Assembly: GCA_013330365.1 (NCBI GenBank) | Contig: DUII01000092.1 | Span: 21,225 to 60,050 of the forward strand | Reading direction: 5' to 3' | Source of the DNA: Thermococcaceae archaeon | GTDB taxonomy: Archaea; Methanobacteriota_B; Thermococci; Thermococcales; Thermococcaceae | Length of the DNA stretch: 38,826 nt | Shown: in pieces, positions 9,359 through 18,500 of the stretch | Layout: every line of letters begins with the position of its first letter | Numbering within the stretch: position 1 is the stretch's first letter | Made by a program: the position numbers and the translations under genes | The notes under the pieces: model-generated | What the model saw: only the letters and a program-made list of their open reading frames with translations | What the model was told of the DNA's origin: nothing | The model's database searches: none

Positions 9359-10516
9359 TCACTTTTTCCCTTCAATATAATATTTCCCTTTAACCCTAAC
9401 GAGCCTGTAAATTTCTCCTTCCTTTACTTCAAATTCTGGTTTTTCGAGCTCAAAGGTCTCATAGCTGTTCATGTCCATAAACTGGACTTCTCTCGGAGTT
9501 GAACTTGTTGCCATAGCTTCCAGTCTCTCGTGCTCTACTGTGTCTATTTTATCTCGTTTTGCACTTTTCCAGTCTTTGTGTTCATTTTCGTGAGTAGAGA
9601 GGTTCTTTAAGAACAGCCCTTTTCCGTTCACATCTTCAACCCTGTATATATTGCCTTTTTTGTCTCCAACTATGTCTCCTTTTCTAAACTTCGGGATTCT
9701 AACGCTAACACTTGTCCTATAAACTTCCTTGCTCGTCATTCTGTCCTGCCCAATCAGCTGATAAGCCTCACTTATACTCCCTCCATATTTATCCCTTATC
9801 GCTTGGGCAAGCTTTCTTGCAGCACTTGTTGATCCCATGTAAAAGTCTATTCCTTCTTCTTTTTCAACAGTATCTTGGATGAAGCCCATTCTGTCGCGCT
9901 TCATTATTTCGTCAACTTTTTCCTCAACTAGTTTTGAGATTTCATCTTTCTCTTCTTTTGTTAAGACTCTATCTTCAGCTCTAACCTGCAAAATTGCCTC
10001 GAAATAACCTCCTAGGAATTTTTGGCACCTTGGACATACTGTTTGCCTTACATAGACTGTTAACATCTTCTTTTCATGGTGAAGTTCCTTTTGCATTTCG
10101 TGAATTCTCGCTTTAACTTCCACTTCATAGTTGATTATTGCCGGAAAGTACTCTATGTGCCACTCAATTGGCTCAAAGCTCACATATGCAGTTCCTACGG
10201 GCACTTCTTCAATTTCCTCAAACTCCTCTTTCGGAATAATTTTTACTTCTTTAACTCTCTCATCAAGGAGTAGATTCTCAACGAGAGCATTATCCGCAAC
10301 TTCGAAGATGAGCTCTTCAAGTTCGTAATTCCTTGGATCAACCCATGTCCCCTTAACCTTATAGCTCCCACAGTTTTGGCATAGCTCGGTATTTATTTCA
10401 TCTTCTATGAGAAGCACGGGGTTTTCCTTTCTAAAGCATACCTGACAGAGGCCGTCTATCAACGGTCCCCCTTCGTTCTCGCTAATCCCACATCTGTAGC
10501 AAAATCTCTCGCTCAT
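9359..10516 (-). CDS. nmd3: NMD3-family large ribosomal subunit biogenesis protein
   Basis: Four CxxC pairs (CYRC, CQVC, CQNC, CPRC), GGYFEAILQVR, C-terminal eIF5A-like QFMDMNSYETFEL. Start at ATG 10516 after GGTGAG. Confidence 0.93.
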   Translation of the reverse strand: MSERFCYRCGISENEGGPLIDGLCQVCFRKENPVLLIEDEINTELCQNCGSYKVKGTWVDPRNYELEELIFEVADNALVENLLLDERVKEVKIIPKEEFEEIEEVPVGTAYVSFEPIEWHIEYFPAIINYEVEVKARIHEMQKELHHEKKMLTVYVRQTVCPRCQKFLGGYFEAILQVRAEDRVLTKEEKDEISKLVEEKVDEIMKRDRMGFIQDTVEKEEGIDFYMGSTSAARKLAQAIRDKYGGSISEAYQLIGQDRMTSKEVYRTSVSVRIPKFRKGDIVGDKKGNIYRVEDVNGKGLFLKNLSTHENEHKDWKSAKRDKIDTVEHERLEAMATSSTPREVQFMDMNSYETFELEKPEFEVKEGEIYRLVRVKGKYYIEGKK

Positions 10517-10635
10517 TTTTCTCACCACTACAAGCTGAGGTTTCATGATTAAAAACTTAACTTCCATTAGGAATTAAGTGGGAGAGGGAAGGCACTCTCA
10601 AGGCCAGCAGATTTCTTCTTGGGAGAAGAACGAAA

Positions 10636-10935
10636 TTATAACAGCTTTGCCATCTGGGCATGAGGGACGCCTTGGATGTAAAGGACTCTCTTTTCATCTA
10701 CATAGCCCAGCTCGATGGCCTTTTTTACGCACCTCTCCCCGGTGAGGTTTGCTATTGTGGCTTCTTCTAGAAGTTCTTCGAGGGCGTCAACATCCTTAAG
10801 TTCTCCTTTATAAAATCTCTCTTTCACTTCCAATTTAAGCTCCCCTTCTCTAAACGTTTTACCCAGAAGCTCTTCATCACATGCTGCTACAAGAACTTCT
10901 CCCTGAACACGATAAACCTTGACATAGATTTTCAC
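10636..10935 (-). CDS. DUF424-family protein
   Basis: VLVAACDEELLGK, FYKGE, ATIANLTGERCV, IQGVPHAQ; GTG start with GGGGAG RBS. Confidence 0.9.
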   Translation of the reverse strand: MKIYVKVYRVQGEVLVAACDEELLGKTFREGELKLEVKERFYKGELKDVDALEELLEEATIANLTGERCVKKAIELGYVDEKRVLYIQGVPHAQMAKLL

Positions 10936-11033
10936 TTATCTCCCCCTACTGACTACAAACAAAGCGGTTTAAAACTTTTTTCTTTAAAATCTAGAGATTG
11001 AGAATTTGTTTGTAAGTTGTCCAGCAATTTAGG

Positions 11034-11060
11034 AAAAAACAAAATAAAATAGTAAAAAGT
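11034..11060 (-). terminator. Oligo-T terminator after the subtilase gene
   Basis: Minus strand reads CTTTTTACTATTTTATTTTGTTTTTT shortly after the stop codon. Confidence 0.6.
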
Positions 11061-11068
11061 TAGGGGGT

Positions 11069-14000
11069 CTAAGAGCTTTCTAACAACTCAATTGCCTCTT
11101 TTAGGAATAGATATGCTTTTCTAAGATGCCTGAATACTCTTGGGTCACCTAGTCCCCTGTATATTGATCCTGGGGAAATCTCAAGAGCTTTCTGATATGC
11201 CTCCTCTGCAGCTTTCTTAAGCTCTTCTGCCTTTGTAAGTACTTCTTCGCTAATACCTTCTTCTTTTGCTTGTGTTATTAATTTCTCATATTCTTTGAGC
11301 ATCTTTGTGTACTGCCATGTGTAGAACATTCCGATGTTTCTGAGCATATTTATTATCATTGAGGGAGTCGTGTATTCTACCCATACCTCTACTGGCGATG
11401 ATGTAATTGTTTCAACGTAGAGGACTATTGCATTTTCTGTTTTGATTTCCCTATATCCAATGACTTTTCCTCCCACCGTATAGCTTGATGTGTCTGCTGG
11501 AAGTTTAAATGCTAATGTAATTCTTGTTCCTGTCTCCCCATTGAGCTTTACGTAATACCTTCCTGGTAGTTCGTTGATGAAGGTTATCCAACCCTTTCCT
11601 AAGCTTTCGACCATTAGCACATTGGGCTCTGATTGAATATTCTCAAGATTTATTGGCCTTATATAAACAGTAGCTTCGTTGTTTTCGGTGTTAACGTCGT
11701 GTGGTGCGCTTACAACTACTTTGTAGGTGTGTCCTGTAGCTTCCTCTAGCGGAATGCTGAAGGTTACATTATAAACCTCACCTGTTGCAATAGTTGGAAC
11801 TAGCACGTTGACATCAACAGGAACGTTGTCTCTTAATAGGGTTACCTCTACGTTAGTGGCATTGTAAGGCCCTTCATTTGTTAAGTATACGGTTATGTTG
11901 TATGTGCTGTCGAGGGAATACATTTCGTTGGTTGTGACTCCTGTTACTCTGACGTCATAGGGTGCGGGAACTAGGGTTACCGGTATTTGGAAGAGAAGTG
12001 GGTTCTTGGTGGTTCCAATTAGTATCATTCCTTGGAGGGGCAAGGTTGAGTTTAATTCTTCATCTGTTAGGTTGTAAGCAACGTCGACGTTGTAAACCCC
12101 GCTTTCTTCTTTTATGTTTTTGACCTGTAGGGATGTCCCTTGTATTGTTGTGACTTTTAAATTGTAAGTGGCTTCTCCCGGAGCTGGATTGCTCCATGAG
12201 TATACTTCAATTACATATTGGCCAGGTTCTGGGAAGTTAATTGTTACTCTTTCATCTGATGTGGGTGTAGTTGAACTTCCCACTTCTATTAAAGTTCCAC
12301 TTGCGTTATAGTATACATATAGATCAAGATCCAAGCCTGCCAAGTCATCCCAAATGCTGGTAAGTTCTACCTCAAGGATTGGAGAGTTACTCACGTTAAC
12401 AGTGTAATAGTCTGAGAACTCAGTTGGTGGAGCTATAACATTTTCGAATGCTAATGGCATGCTAAATCCGAATGCTGAAACTATTATATCTCCCGCCCAT
12501 TCTGGGAGTTCTACTGTAACTCTCTTTTGCCCAGTTTTGCTCTCCAGAGGCTCTACCCATGTTTGTGGATATAGTCTTGCAAGTCCTACTTTTCCAGTAA
12601 ATGTTTCATAGCTCTTGTTTGCTTCGAACAACACGTTGTGGAGTAGCAAGACATTCAAACCAGGAATAGCTTTTGCTGCTATTAGTTCCTCGTTTCCACC
12701 GCTTGTTGTTTTATGTATGAATAACCCTGCCCCTACGTAGCCATCGTCACTTCTGGCTATTTCTTTTAGGGTGTAGGGACCATATTCCGATGGATACTCC
12801 AAACTCCATTCATCTACACTGGGCCCGAGCAAGTGCAAGTTTATGTCTGTCTTCTCTTGCTCCCAAGCAACACTGGCCAAGACATAGGTGTTTTCATCGA
12901 CTTCTGGCACATTAAAGTGGAACACTCTCCAGTCTCCGCTTTCATATCTCCATCCCCAGTCAAATGTTCCATAAACATTGCTGTTGTCGTAGAGTCCTGT
13001 AGCATTTGAATTGCCTCCAAAGGTGAATTCTGCAGTTGGTGATGCAACAGTAACGCTTATTGGGACAACTGTCTCATATTCGCCATACTTGAGGTAGATA
13101 GCACCTCCGTAAGTTCCAAACGAGGCGTCTTCTGGCACTGTAACGGTCGCTGTAAATGTGGCTGTTCCGTCAGCTGGAATAGTTAATGTGTTCCTATCGA
13201 GAGATACCCATTCCCATGGAACTCTCTTGTAGAACTCAAGTTTAAGCTTTGCTGGATAAGTGTCTGTCTTTCCATAATATCTCCATAAGTCTCTAACTTG
13301 TACCCACAAGTCATCGTGCATCTTTTCTAAGGGATTTCCGATAGCAGCCCACGTTGTAGTTCCTTCATTGAGACCCTGTTGGAGTAAGTTGAGTGTTGGA
13401 GTGCCATCTATATAAGTCACGTCAAACACTCTGAACCATGGGTATGCATCGGATGAATAGTCCCTATCAGGGTCAAAGTATTCGTAACTTGTGTACAGGG
13501 TTACCTTCATCAACTCAGTTCCGTTGGGTATTAAATGTCCTATGGGATAATAGGCAAATGAATTCCCTACGACATCCAGTTCTACCTCTCCGATCTTCTG
13601 GAATATTTCAGCAGAAACCTCTACGTTTACAGTTTCATTTGGATTTACATTTTTAATTGTGAATGTTTTTGAGGCGCTTTCTCCGGGATAAAGTACATTG
13701 GCAAACATTGGATAATCGGTTTTGCCTGCTTGCCATGAGGATGGTGACACTCTAATTCCTTCTTGACTCATTGCAAGTTTGACGGCCCTATAGGCATCTA
13801 AGAATCCAGCTCCTTGGCTGAAGACATCGTGGTTTACGTTCTTTGCACTGTTCATTAGGATTTCTTTCACTTCTTGGGCGGTTGGCCATCTTCCATGGGC
13901 CTTGTAGTATGCCTCGTAGACCAAAGCTGTAATACCTGCAGCCATTGGTGTAGCCAAACTGGTTCCGCTCCATAGATCAGAAGCCCAAAAGCCGTCTCCT

Positions 14001-16660
14001 ATGGAATTAACAGGTAGGCTTCCAAGAGCGTAGGCTCCTACGGCTATAACATCTGGCTTTACTCTTCCCATTGCGTTGGGGCCTCTGTCAGAGAACCCCA
14101 CTACGTCTCCGTAGTTTGCCAATTCGAAGCCCCATGGTCCGTTATCGTAACCGAAAAGGGCCCTATAACCGAATTCAACGGCTGCACCTACACCTATTAC
14201 CCCTGGTGAGGATGCGTATCTATGAGTTGTGCCATATCCTGGTCCTCCATTGCCCATAGCAAACAGGAATGCAGTATTCGGAGCGTACATGGTTGTTAGC
14301 CAGTAGAGGTATCTTTCATACCAGCTGAATCCTTTTTGGGTATCAGCAGATACTGAATAGCTGTTGCTTACCACTAATGCCTCATCTCCAGTTCCTACAA
14401 CTCCATCGTAACCCTCAACAGCGAAGTGAAGGTAATCTATGTAGCTTCCTCCTTGATAGAGGGAACCTTCTGCAATGATTTTTGCTTCGATAGCATTACC
14501 AAAAGTAAGCCCAAGGAAAGTTCTTCCCCTTGCCCCAACGGCGGCAGCACAGAGTGTTCCATGATCTCCACCAGCGGTATATACGTTGCCAATCATGAAA
14601 GCAACGAGATCACCGTTTCCAGGGATTCTAAGTGGGATTCCCCATCTCTCAGCCACTCTATCTGAGTATGGTATTGGAGTCTCTCCATCGGCTATGAAGT
14701 AAATTAGCCCTCCGGAGAGGTCTGCATATCCATCTTGTCCAAACCATCCTTCAAAGGTATTCCAGAAGTCCAATTGAACTACTGGATTGTCCTTCGTGTG
14801 TCCAACGTCTTTGTTGAAGTCAATAACTACAGAAGGAGCTAAGTCAACATAAACTGTATCGTACGTTTGATTTGCATTTGGATCTGTTACGAGGACAAAT
14901 CCTCCGAACCAGTAAGCCCATAAGGCAAGGTCGGGGTGAAGTCCGATTTTCATAATTCCGCTCTGAGTGGGAATGGACAGATCTTTTGTAAGTGGGAGTT
15001 TTATGTCGAAATAGAAGCCTCCTAGTTGTGGATCGTATGCATAGGCTGTGTATCCAGTAAGGAGAACTGTCGCATTGTCATCTGGGATGAGATAGTCTGC
15101 ATATATATCAGTTAGGCTTACCCATAATCCTTGGTAGACTTCTCCTCCATAATAGGCATCTCCAGCATAGTCATAAATTACGGTGGGTACGGGATAATCT
15201 TGAATGGCATCTGAAACGTGGAGATATTTAGTGGTGAAGTTGTACTTTGTGGTGGTGTTATCAAGACCTCCGTCATAGAGGTAGTCGCTGCTTATAAGCC
15301 AGAGTTTTCCTCCATTTTCAAGGTATTGTGTAAGATTTCCGACATCTGCTTCGGTTAACGTGTTGTTATATGTAGCTCCTGTGAACCAGATAACGAGGCT
15401 ATAGTTGCTTAGTGTTGTAACATCTGGACCGTTTGAGGTCTCTTCGGGCACTTCATAGTATGTGTAGTTGACTCCTAAGGAATCTAAAGCACTCATGTAG
15501 AATAGCTCTAGTATATCCCCTCCATCGTCGTCTACTAGAAGAACATTGCTCACGTTTCCTACCCATTCAAGCGTGTTGTTAATTAGCTGGGCCCTTTCGT
15601 TGTCATCTGGAATGTTTGCGAGGCTCATGGATGTGAATACTGTGGTATAGTTTCCTTTGTAACCAATTCCAAAGTAGCCATATACGGGGAAGGGTTCAAT
15701 TGGGTAGCTTGTATCGGCATACCATGAATACAAGTATCCAGAGAATGTTGCGAAATCTGCGAACGTGTATCCAAAGAGCAAATAGTAAATCATTGAATTT
15801 CCATCGAAGGCTATTGGCCACCCATAGTAAGGTGAGTTTGGATTCGTGTCCACAGCATAGGCATCTTGGAGGTCTGGATTCCCAAAATCAACACCGCTGT
15901 CTATAACTGCGACATTTACTCCCTTTCCGGTAATTCCAAGATCAAGCCATGTGTTCCAAGCTCCATGGTGATAGATTGCAAAATAGTCTGCTGGTCTTGG
16001 AGAGTCTTTTATTTCAACGTTTTGGGCAGCCAGCTTGGCTTCTCCTTTAGCTGCAGGGCTGTTTTCTCTTAAGGTTTTGAGCTTTTCAGGAAGAGCTTCT
16101 TTGAAGGATAGAACCTTCTTTCCATCAAGAGATTCTTTTGGTTTTAGTGTTTTGGCTCTTTCGGCGAATTTTGATCTTGGCAACTTGACCCATTCTGAGG
16201 AGCTTTCTTCATTTTTGTAAATTTCCACTGGTTCCACGGGGTTTGTTCTGGTTATTGCCTCAACACTGGGAATTGAAGCTATCTTAAGAAGGCTCTTAAC
16301 ACTCTCTTCCTTTAGGGGTATCTCTGCCAGATACACATAGCTGTCCAAAAGTTTTGCTTTACCGTGTATTTTTACTCCCCTTATTTTGTGTGTTATATCT
16401 TCCTTAGATATTATGTGTATTAAGATTTTGTCTAGATTTTCTGGTGCCGTTCCTTCTTTTGTTTTTAGAATTTCCAAAAGCTTTGGCTCTATTTTGTCAG
16501 TGGGGTTTGTTGAAGTGATCTCTGTTTCTTTTTGTCCAGTGGTAACTTTGGTAACACTGTAACTAACATTTGTAGAATGTTCATTTGCTGAAGTATAGCC
16601 GAAAGGCACTAGCGAAAACACTACTATAAATAAAAGAACTACACTTAGCGCTCTCTTCAC
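11069..16660 (-). CDS. Large secreted S8 (subtilisin/pyrolysin-like) serine protease, about 1863 aa
   Basis: GTG start after GGAGGG; signal peptide KRALSVVLLFIVVFSLVP; catalytic Asp (IDSGVD, 15899-15901), His (DHGT, 14561-14563), oxyanion Asn (AMGNGG), Ser (SGTSLATP, 13958-13960); PPC-like (DLDLYVY...PEPGQYVIEVY), CARDB-like and pyrolysin-type helical (LRKAYL) C-terminal domains. Confidence 0.95.
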   Translation of the reverse strand: MKRALSVVLLFIVVFSLVPFGYTSANEHSTNVSYSVTKVTTGQKETEITSTNPTDKIEPKLLEILKTKEGTAPENLDKILIHIISKEDITHKIRGVKIHGKAKLLDSYVYLAEIPLKEESVKSLLKIASIPSVEAITRTNPVEPVEIYKNEESSSEWVKLPRSKFAERAKTLKPKESLDGKKVLSFKEALPEKLKTLRENSPAAKGEAKLAAQNVEIKDSPRPADYFAIYHHGAWNTWLDLGITGKGVNVAVIDSGVDFGNPDLQDAYAVDTNPNSPYYGWPIAFDGNSMIYYLLFGYTFADFATFSGYLYSWYADTSYPIEPFPVYGYFGIGYKGNYTTVFTSMSLANIPDDNERAQLINNTLEWVGNVSNVLLVDDDGGDILELFYMSALDSLGVNYTYYEVPEETSNGPDVTTLSNYSLVIWFTGATYNNTLTEADVGNLTQYLENGGKLWLISSDYLYDGGLDNTTTKYNFTTKYLHVSDAIQDYPVPTVIYDYAGDAYYGGEVYQGLWVSLTDIYADYLIPDDNATVLLTGYTAYAYDPQLGGFYFDIKLPLTKDLSIPTQSGIMKIGLHPDLALWAYWFGGFVLVTDPNANQTYDTVYVDLAPSVVIDFNKDVGHTKDNPVVQLDFWNTFEGWFGQDGYADLSGGLIYFIADGETPIPYSDRVAERWGIPLRIPGNGDLVAFMIGNVYTAGGDHGTLCAAAVGARGRTFLGLTFGNAIEAKIIAEGSLYQGGSYIDYLHFAVEGYDGVVGTGDEALVVSNSYSVSADTQKGFSWYERYLYWLTTMYAPNTAFLFAMGNGGPGYGTTHRYASSPGVIGVGAAVEFGYRALFGYDNGPWGFELANYGDVVGFSDRGPNAMGRVKPDVIAVGAYALGSLPVNSIGDGFWASDLWSGTSLATPMAAGITALVYEAYYKAHGRWPTAQEVKEILMNSAKNVNHDVFSQGAGFLDAYRAVKLAMSQEGIRVSPSSWQAGKTDYPMFANVLYPGESASKTFTIKNVNPNETVNVEVSAEIFQKIGEVELDVVGNSFAYYPIGHLIPNGTELMKVTLYTSYEYFDPDRDYSSDAYPWFRVFDVTYIDGTPTLNLLQQGLNEGTTTWAAIGNPLEKMHDDLWVQVRDLWRYYGKTDTYPAKLKLEFYKRVPWEWVSLDRNTLTIPADGTATFTATVTVPEDASFGTYGGAIYLKYGEYETVVPISVTVASPTAEFTFGGNSNATGLYDNSNVYGTFDWGWRYESGDWRVFHFNVPEVDENTYVLASVAWEQEKTDINLHLLGPSVDEWSLEYPSEYGPYTLKEIARSDDGYVGAGLFIHKTTSGGNEELIAAKAIPGLNVLLLHNVLFEANKSYETFTGKVGLARLYPQTWVEPLESKTGQKRVTVELPEWAGDIIVSAFGFSMPLAFENVIAPPTEFSDYYTVNVSNSPILEVELTSIWDDLAGLDLDLYVYYNASGTLIEVGSSTTPTSDERVTINFPEPGQYVIEVYSWSNPAPGEATYNLKVTTIQGTSLQVKNIKEESGVYNVDVAYNLTDEELNSTLPLQGMILIGTTKNPLLFQIPVTLVPAPYDVRVTGVTTNEMYSLDSTYNITVYLTNEGPYNATNVEVTLLRDNVPVDVNVLVPTIATGEVYNVTFSIPLEEATGHTYKVVVSAPHDVNTENNEATVYIRPINLENIQSEPNVLMVESLGKGWITFINELPGRYYVKLNGETGTRITLAFKLPADTSSYTVGGKVIGYREIKTENAIVLYVETITSSPVEVWVEYTTPSMIINMLRNIGMFYTWQYTKMLKEYEKLITQAKEEGISEEVLTKAEELKKAAEEAYQKALEISPGSIYRGLGDPRVFRHLRKAYLFLKEAIELLESS

Positions 16661-16873
16661 TGCTATCCCTCCTAGAGTATAATTCATCCATAACATTATA
16701 ATGTCCATCAATATAAGCATTTCGGCATTACTGTATGAAGATGACCTCAAGCTGTTTTAGTTGTTCTACAATGATATAAGTTTGTTAATGGGGTATCACT
16801 AGCAAGAAGTCAAAACTTATGCATAAATTTCAGTAGGCATTGGATATTATACAAAAGATGAAGAATAATTCAA

Positions 16874-18016
16874 TCAAATTCTTTCAAAAGCTAATCCCAC
16901 TTCCAACGCAGTTCCCAAGTGAAGAACATCTTCATCAACATCGAACTTTGGATGGTGATGTGGATATACTATGCCCTTTTCCTCGTTTCTAATGCCTAAA
17001 GCTATGAATGCTCCCGGTACTTTTTGGAGATAGAAGGCAAAGTCTTCAGCTCCCATGGTCTTTGGAACTTCTTCCACTTTCAATTCCAGATTTTGGGCAA
17101 CTCTCTTGGCGAGAGAGGCCATTTGTGGGTTGTTTATTGTTGGCGGACCAACTTCCTCTATTTTGAGCTTATACGAGGCATTGTTGGCTAATGTTATGCC
17201 TTTTAAAATCTCCTCAATTCTTTTTTCAACAAGGCTTTTTGTTTCTGGTGTGAAAAACCTGTAAGTTCCGTTCATATAAACCCTTTCTGGAATCACGTTA
17301 AAGGCTTCTCCGGCTTTTATTGAGCCCACGCTCACAACTCCACTTTCCAGGGGATTAAGGTTCCTGCTTATGATTGTCTGGAAAGCTAAAACAGCTTGGG
17401 CCGCTATTGGAATTGGGTCGATGGTTTCATGTGGCGAAGCTCCGTGTCCTCCTTTTCCCAATATCTCAACATCAAACCTTCCCACTCCAGCCATGAAGGG
17501 GCCTTCTCTTATACCAACAACACCGCTCGGTAGTTCCATCCATACGTGGAGGCCGAAAATAGCATTGACACCTTCGAGGGCCCCGCCTTCTATCATTTTT
17601 AATGCTCCATTTCCTCCTTCCTCAGCCGGTTGAAAGAGTAGTCTCACTTTATTGGGGAGCTCTTTTTCATGCTCGGCTATTATCTTTGCCGCTCCGAGGA
17701 GCATTGCTGTGTGAGCATCATGCCCACAAGCGTGCATTTTTCCCGGAATTCTGGACTTATAGGGAGTGTCAGTCTCTTCCTGAACAGGCAAAGCGTCCAT
17801 ATCAGCCCTCAAAGCTATAGTATTTTCTCCTTTGCCAATATCCGCTATTATTCCAGTTCCGACGCGCTTAATTTTGTACCCCCACTCTCTCAAGTGTTCC
17901 TCAACAATTTTTGAAGTTCTTTCTTCCTCATAGCCGAGCTCAGGATGCATGTGAAAATCCCTGCGCCAGGCAATTATCTGGTTTTTAATTTTGAGGGCTT
18001 CTTCGAGAGGATTCAT
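16874..18016 (-). CDS. M20D amidohydrolase (thermostable carboxypeptidase/aminoacylase)
   Basis: RRDFHMHPELGYEE, LRADMDAL, MHACGHD, FQPAEE, GAEDF, HHHPKFD. Confidence 0.95.
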   Translation of the reverse strand: MNPLEEALKIKNQIIAWRRDFHMHPELGYEEERTSKIVEEHLREWGYKIKRVGTGIIADIGKGENTIALRADMDALPVQEETDTPYKSRIPGKMHACGHDAHTAMLLGAAKIIAEHEKELPNKVRLLFQPAEEGGNGALKMIEGGALEGVNAIFGLHVWMELPSGVVGIREGPFMAGVGRFDVEILGKGGHGASPHETIDPIPIAAQAVLAFQTIISRNLNPLESGVVSVGSIKAGEAFNVIPERVYMNGTYRFFTPETKSLVEKRIEEILKGITLANNASYKLKIEEVGPPTINNPQMASLAKRVAQNLELKVEEVPKTMGAEDFAFYLQKVPGAFIALGIRNEEKGIVYPHHHPKFDVDEDVLHLGTALEVGLAFERI

Positions 18017-18053
18017 TGGAGTTCACCGATGTGACTAAGTTCAAATTTGTATT

Positions 18054-18500
18054 TTAGCCTTTCGATGCGTACTTTGAATAGACCCCACCAAAAAGCAACA
18101 ACATGGAAAGAATAAAGGCATCCACTCCGCTCTCAAGGGCATATATTAACGTCGCCAAAACAACACTTGCGGTTTTTTTGTCAGTTTCTGATAATCTAAG
18201 CAAACTTCCAAATAGATACGCCTCAACTACCCCAAGGATTCCAAAATCCGCTATTGGCTGGCCGAAGAGGAAGTAAGTGTACCTACCATTAAGGGTAAAC
18301 ATAAATGCAACTCTCCACCTTGGGTCGCTGTGGAGTAACAATTTGCCATGGAAAAAGCCAAATGGGAGAGAGACTGAAACTATGTTATGGAAAATCAAAA
18401 ATGTAAATCCCATTCTGACCAAAAGGGCTTCAAGATTTCCACTTAAGAAGACAACAAATAAGAAAACTGGTAGTCCGATTAAGGCTTGTCTGAACGTCAA
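18054..18500 (-). CDS. Short (probably N-terminally truncated) oligosaccharide repeat-unit polymerase-like membrane protein
   Basis: YTYFLFGQPIADFGILGVVEAYLFG and ALESGVD match the C-terminal part of the 19959-21053 paralog (YTYTIFGQPAYDLGIFGLFEAFLMG, AIENGFD). Only 148 aa; TTG start overlaps the upstream stop. Confidence 0.6.
   Translation of the reverse strand: MTFRQALIGLPVFLFVVFLSGNLEALLVRMGFTFLIFHNIVSVSLPFGFFHGKLLLHSDPRWRVAFMFTLNGRYTYFLFGQPIADFGILGVVEAYLFGSLLRLSETDKKTASVVLATLIYALESGVDAFILSMLLLFGGVYSKYASKG

Noticed and set aside
10967-10975. Short SurR-like GTTTAAAAC upstream of DUF424
   Set aside because: Coincides with the TATA box itself, which explains the sequence.
16661-16750. 30-aa N-terminal extension of the subtilase ORF
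   Set aside because: The GGAGGG RBS and signal peptide point to GTG at 16660 as the start.
16794-16811. TGM-like TATCAC upstream of the subtilase promoter
   Set aside because: Only one half-site; the other half (AGAAGT) does not match GTGATA.
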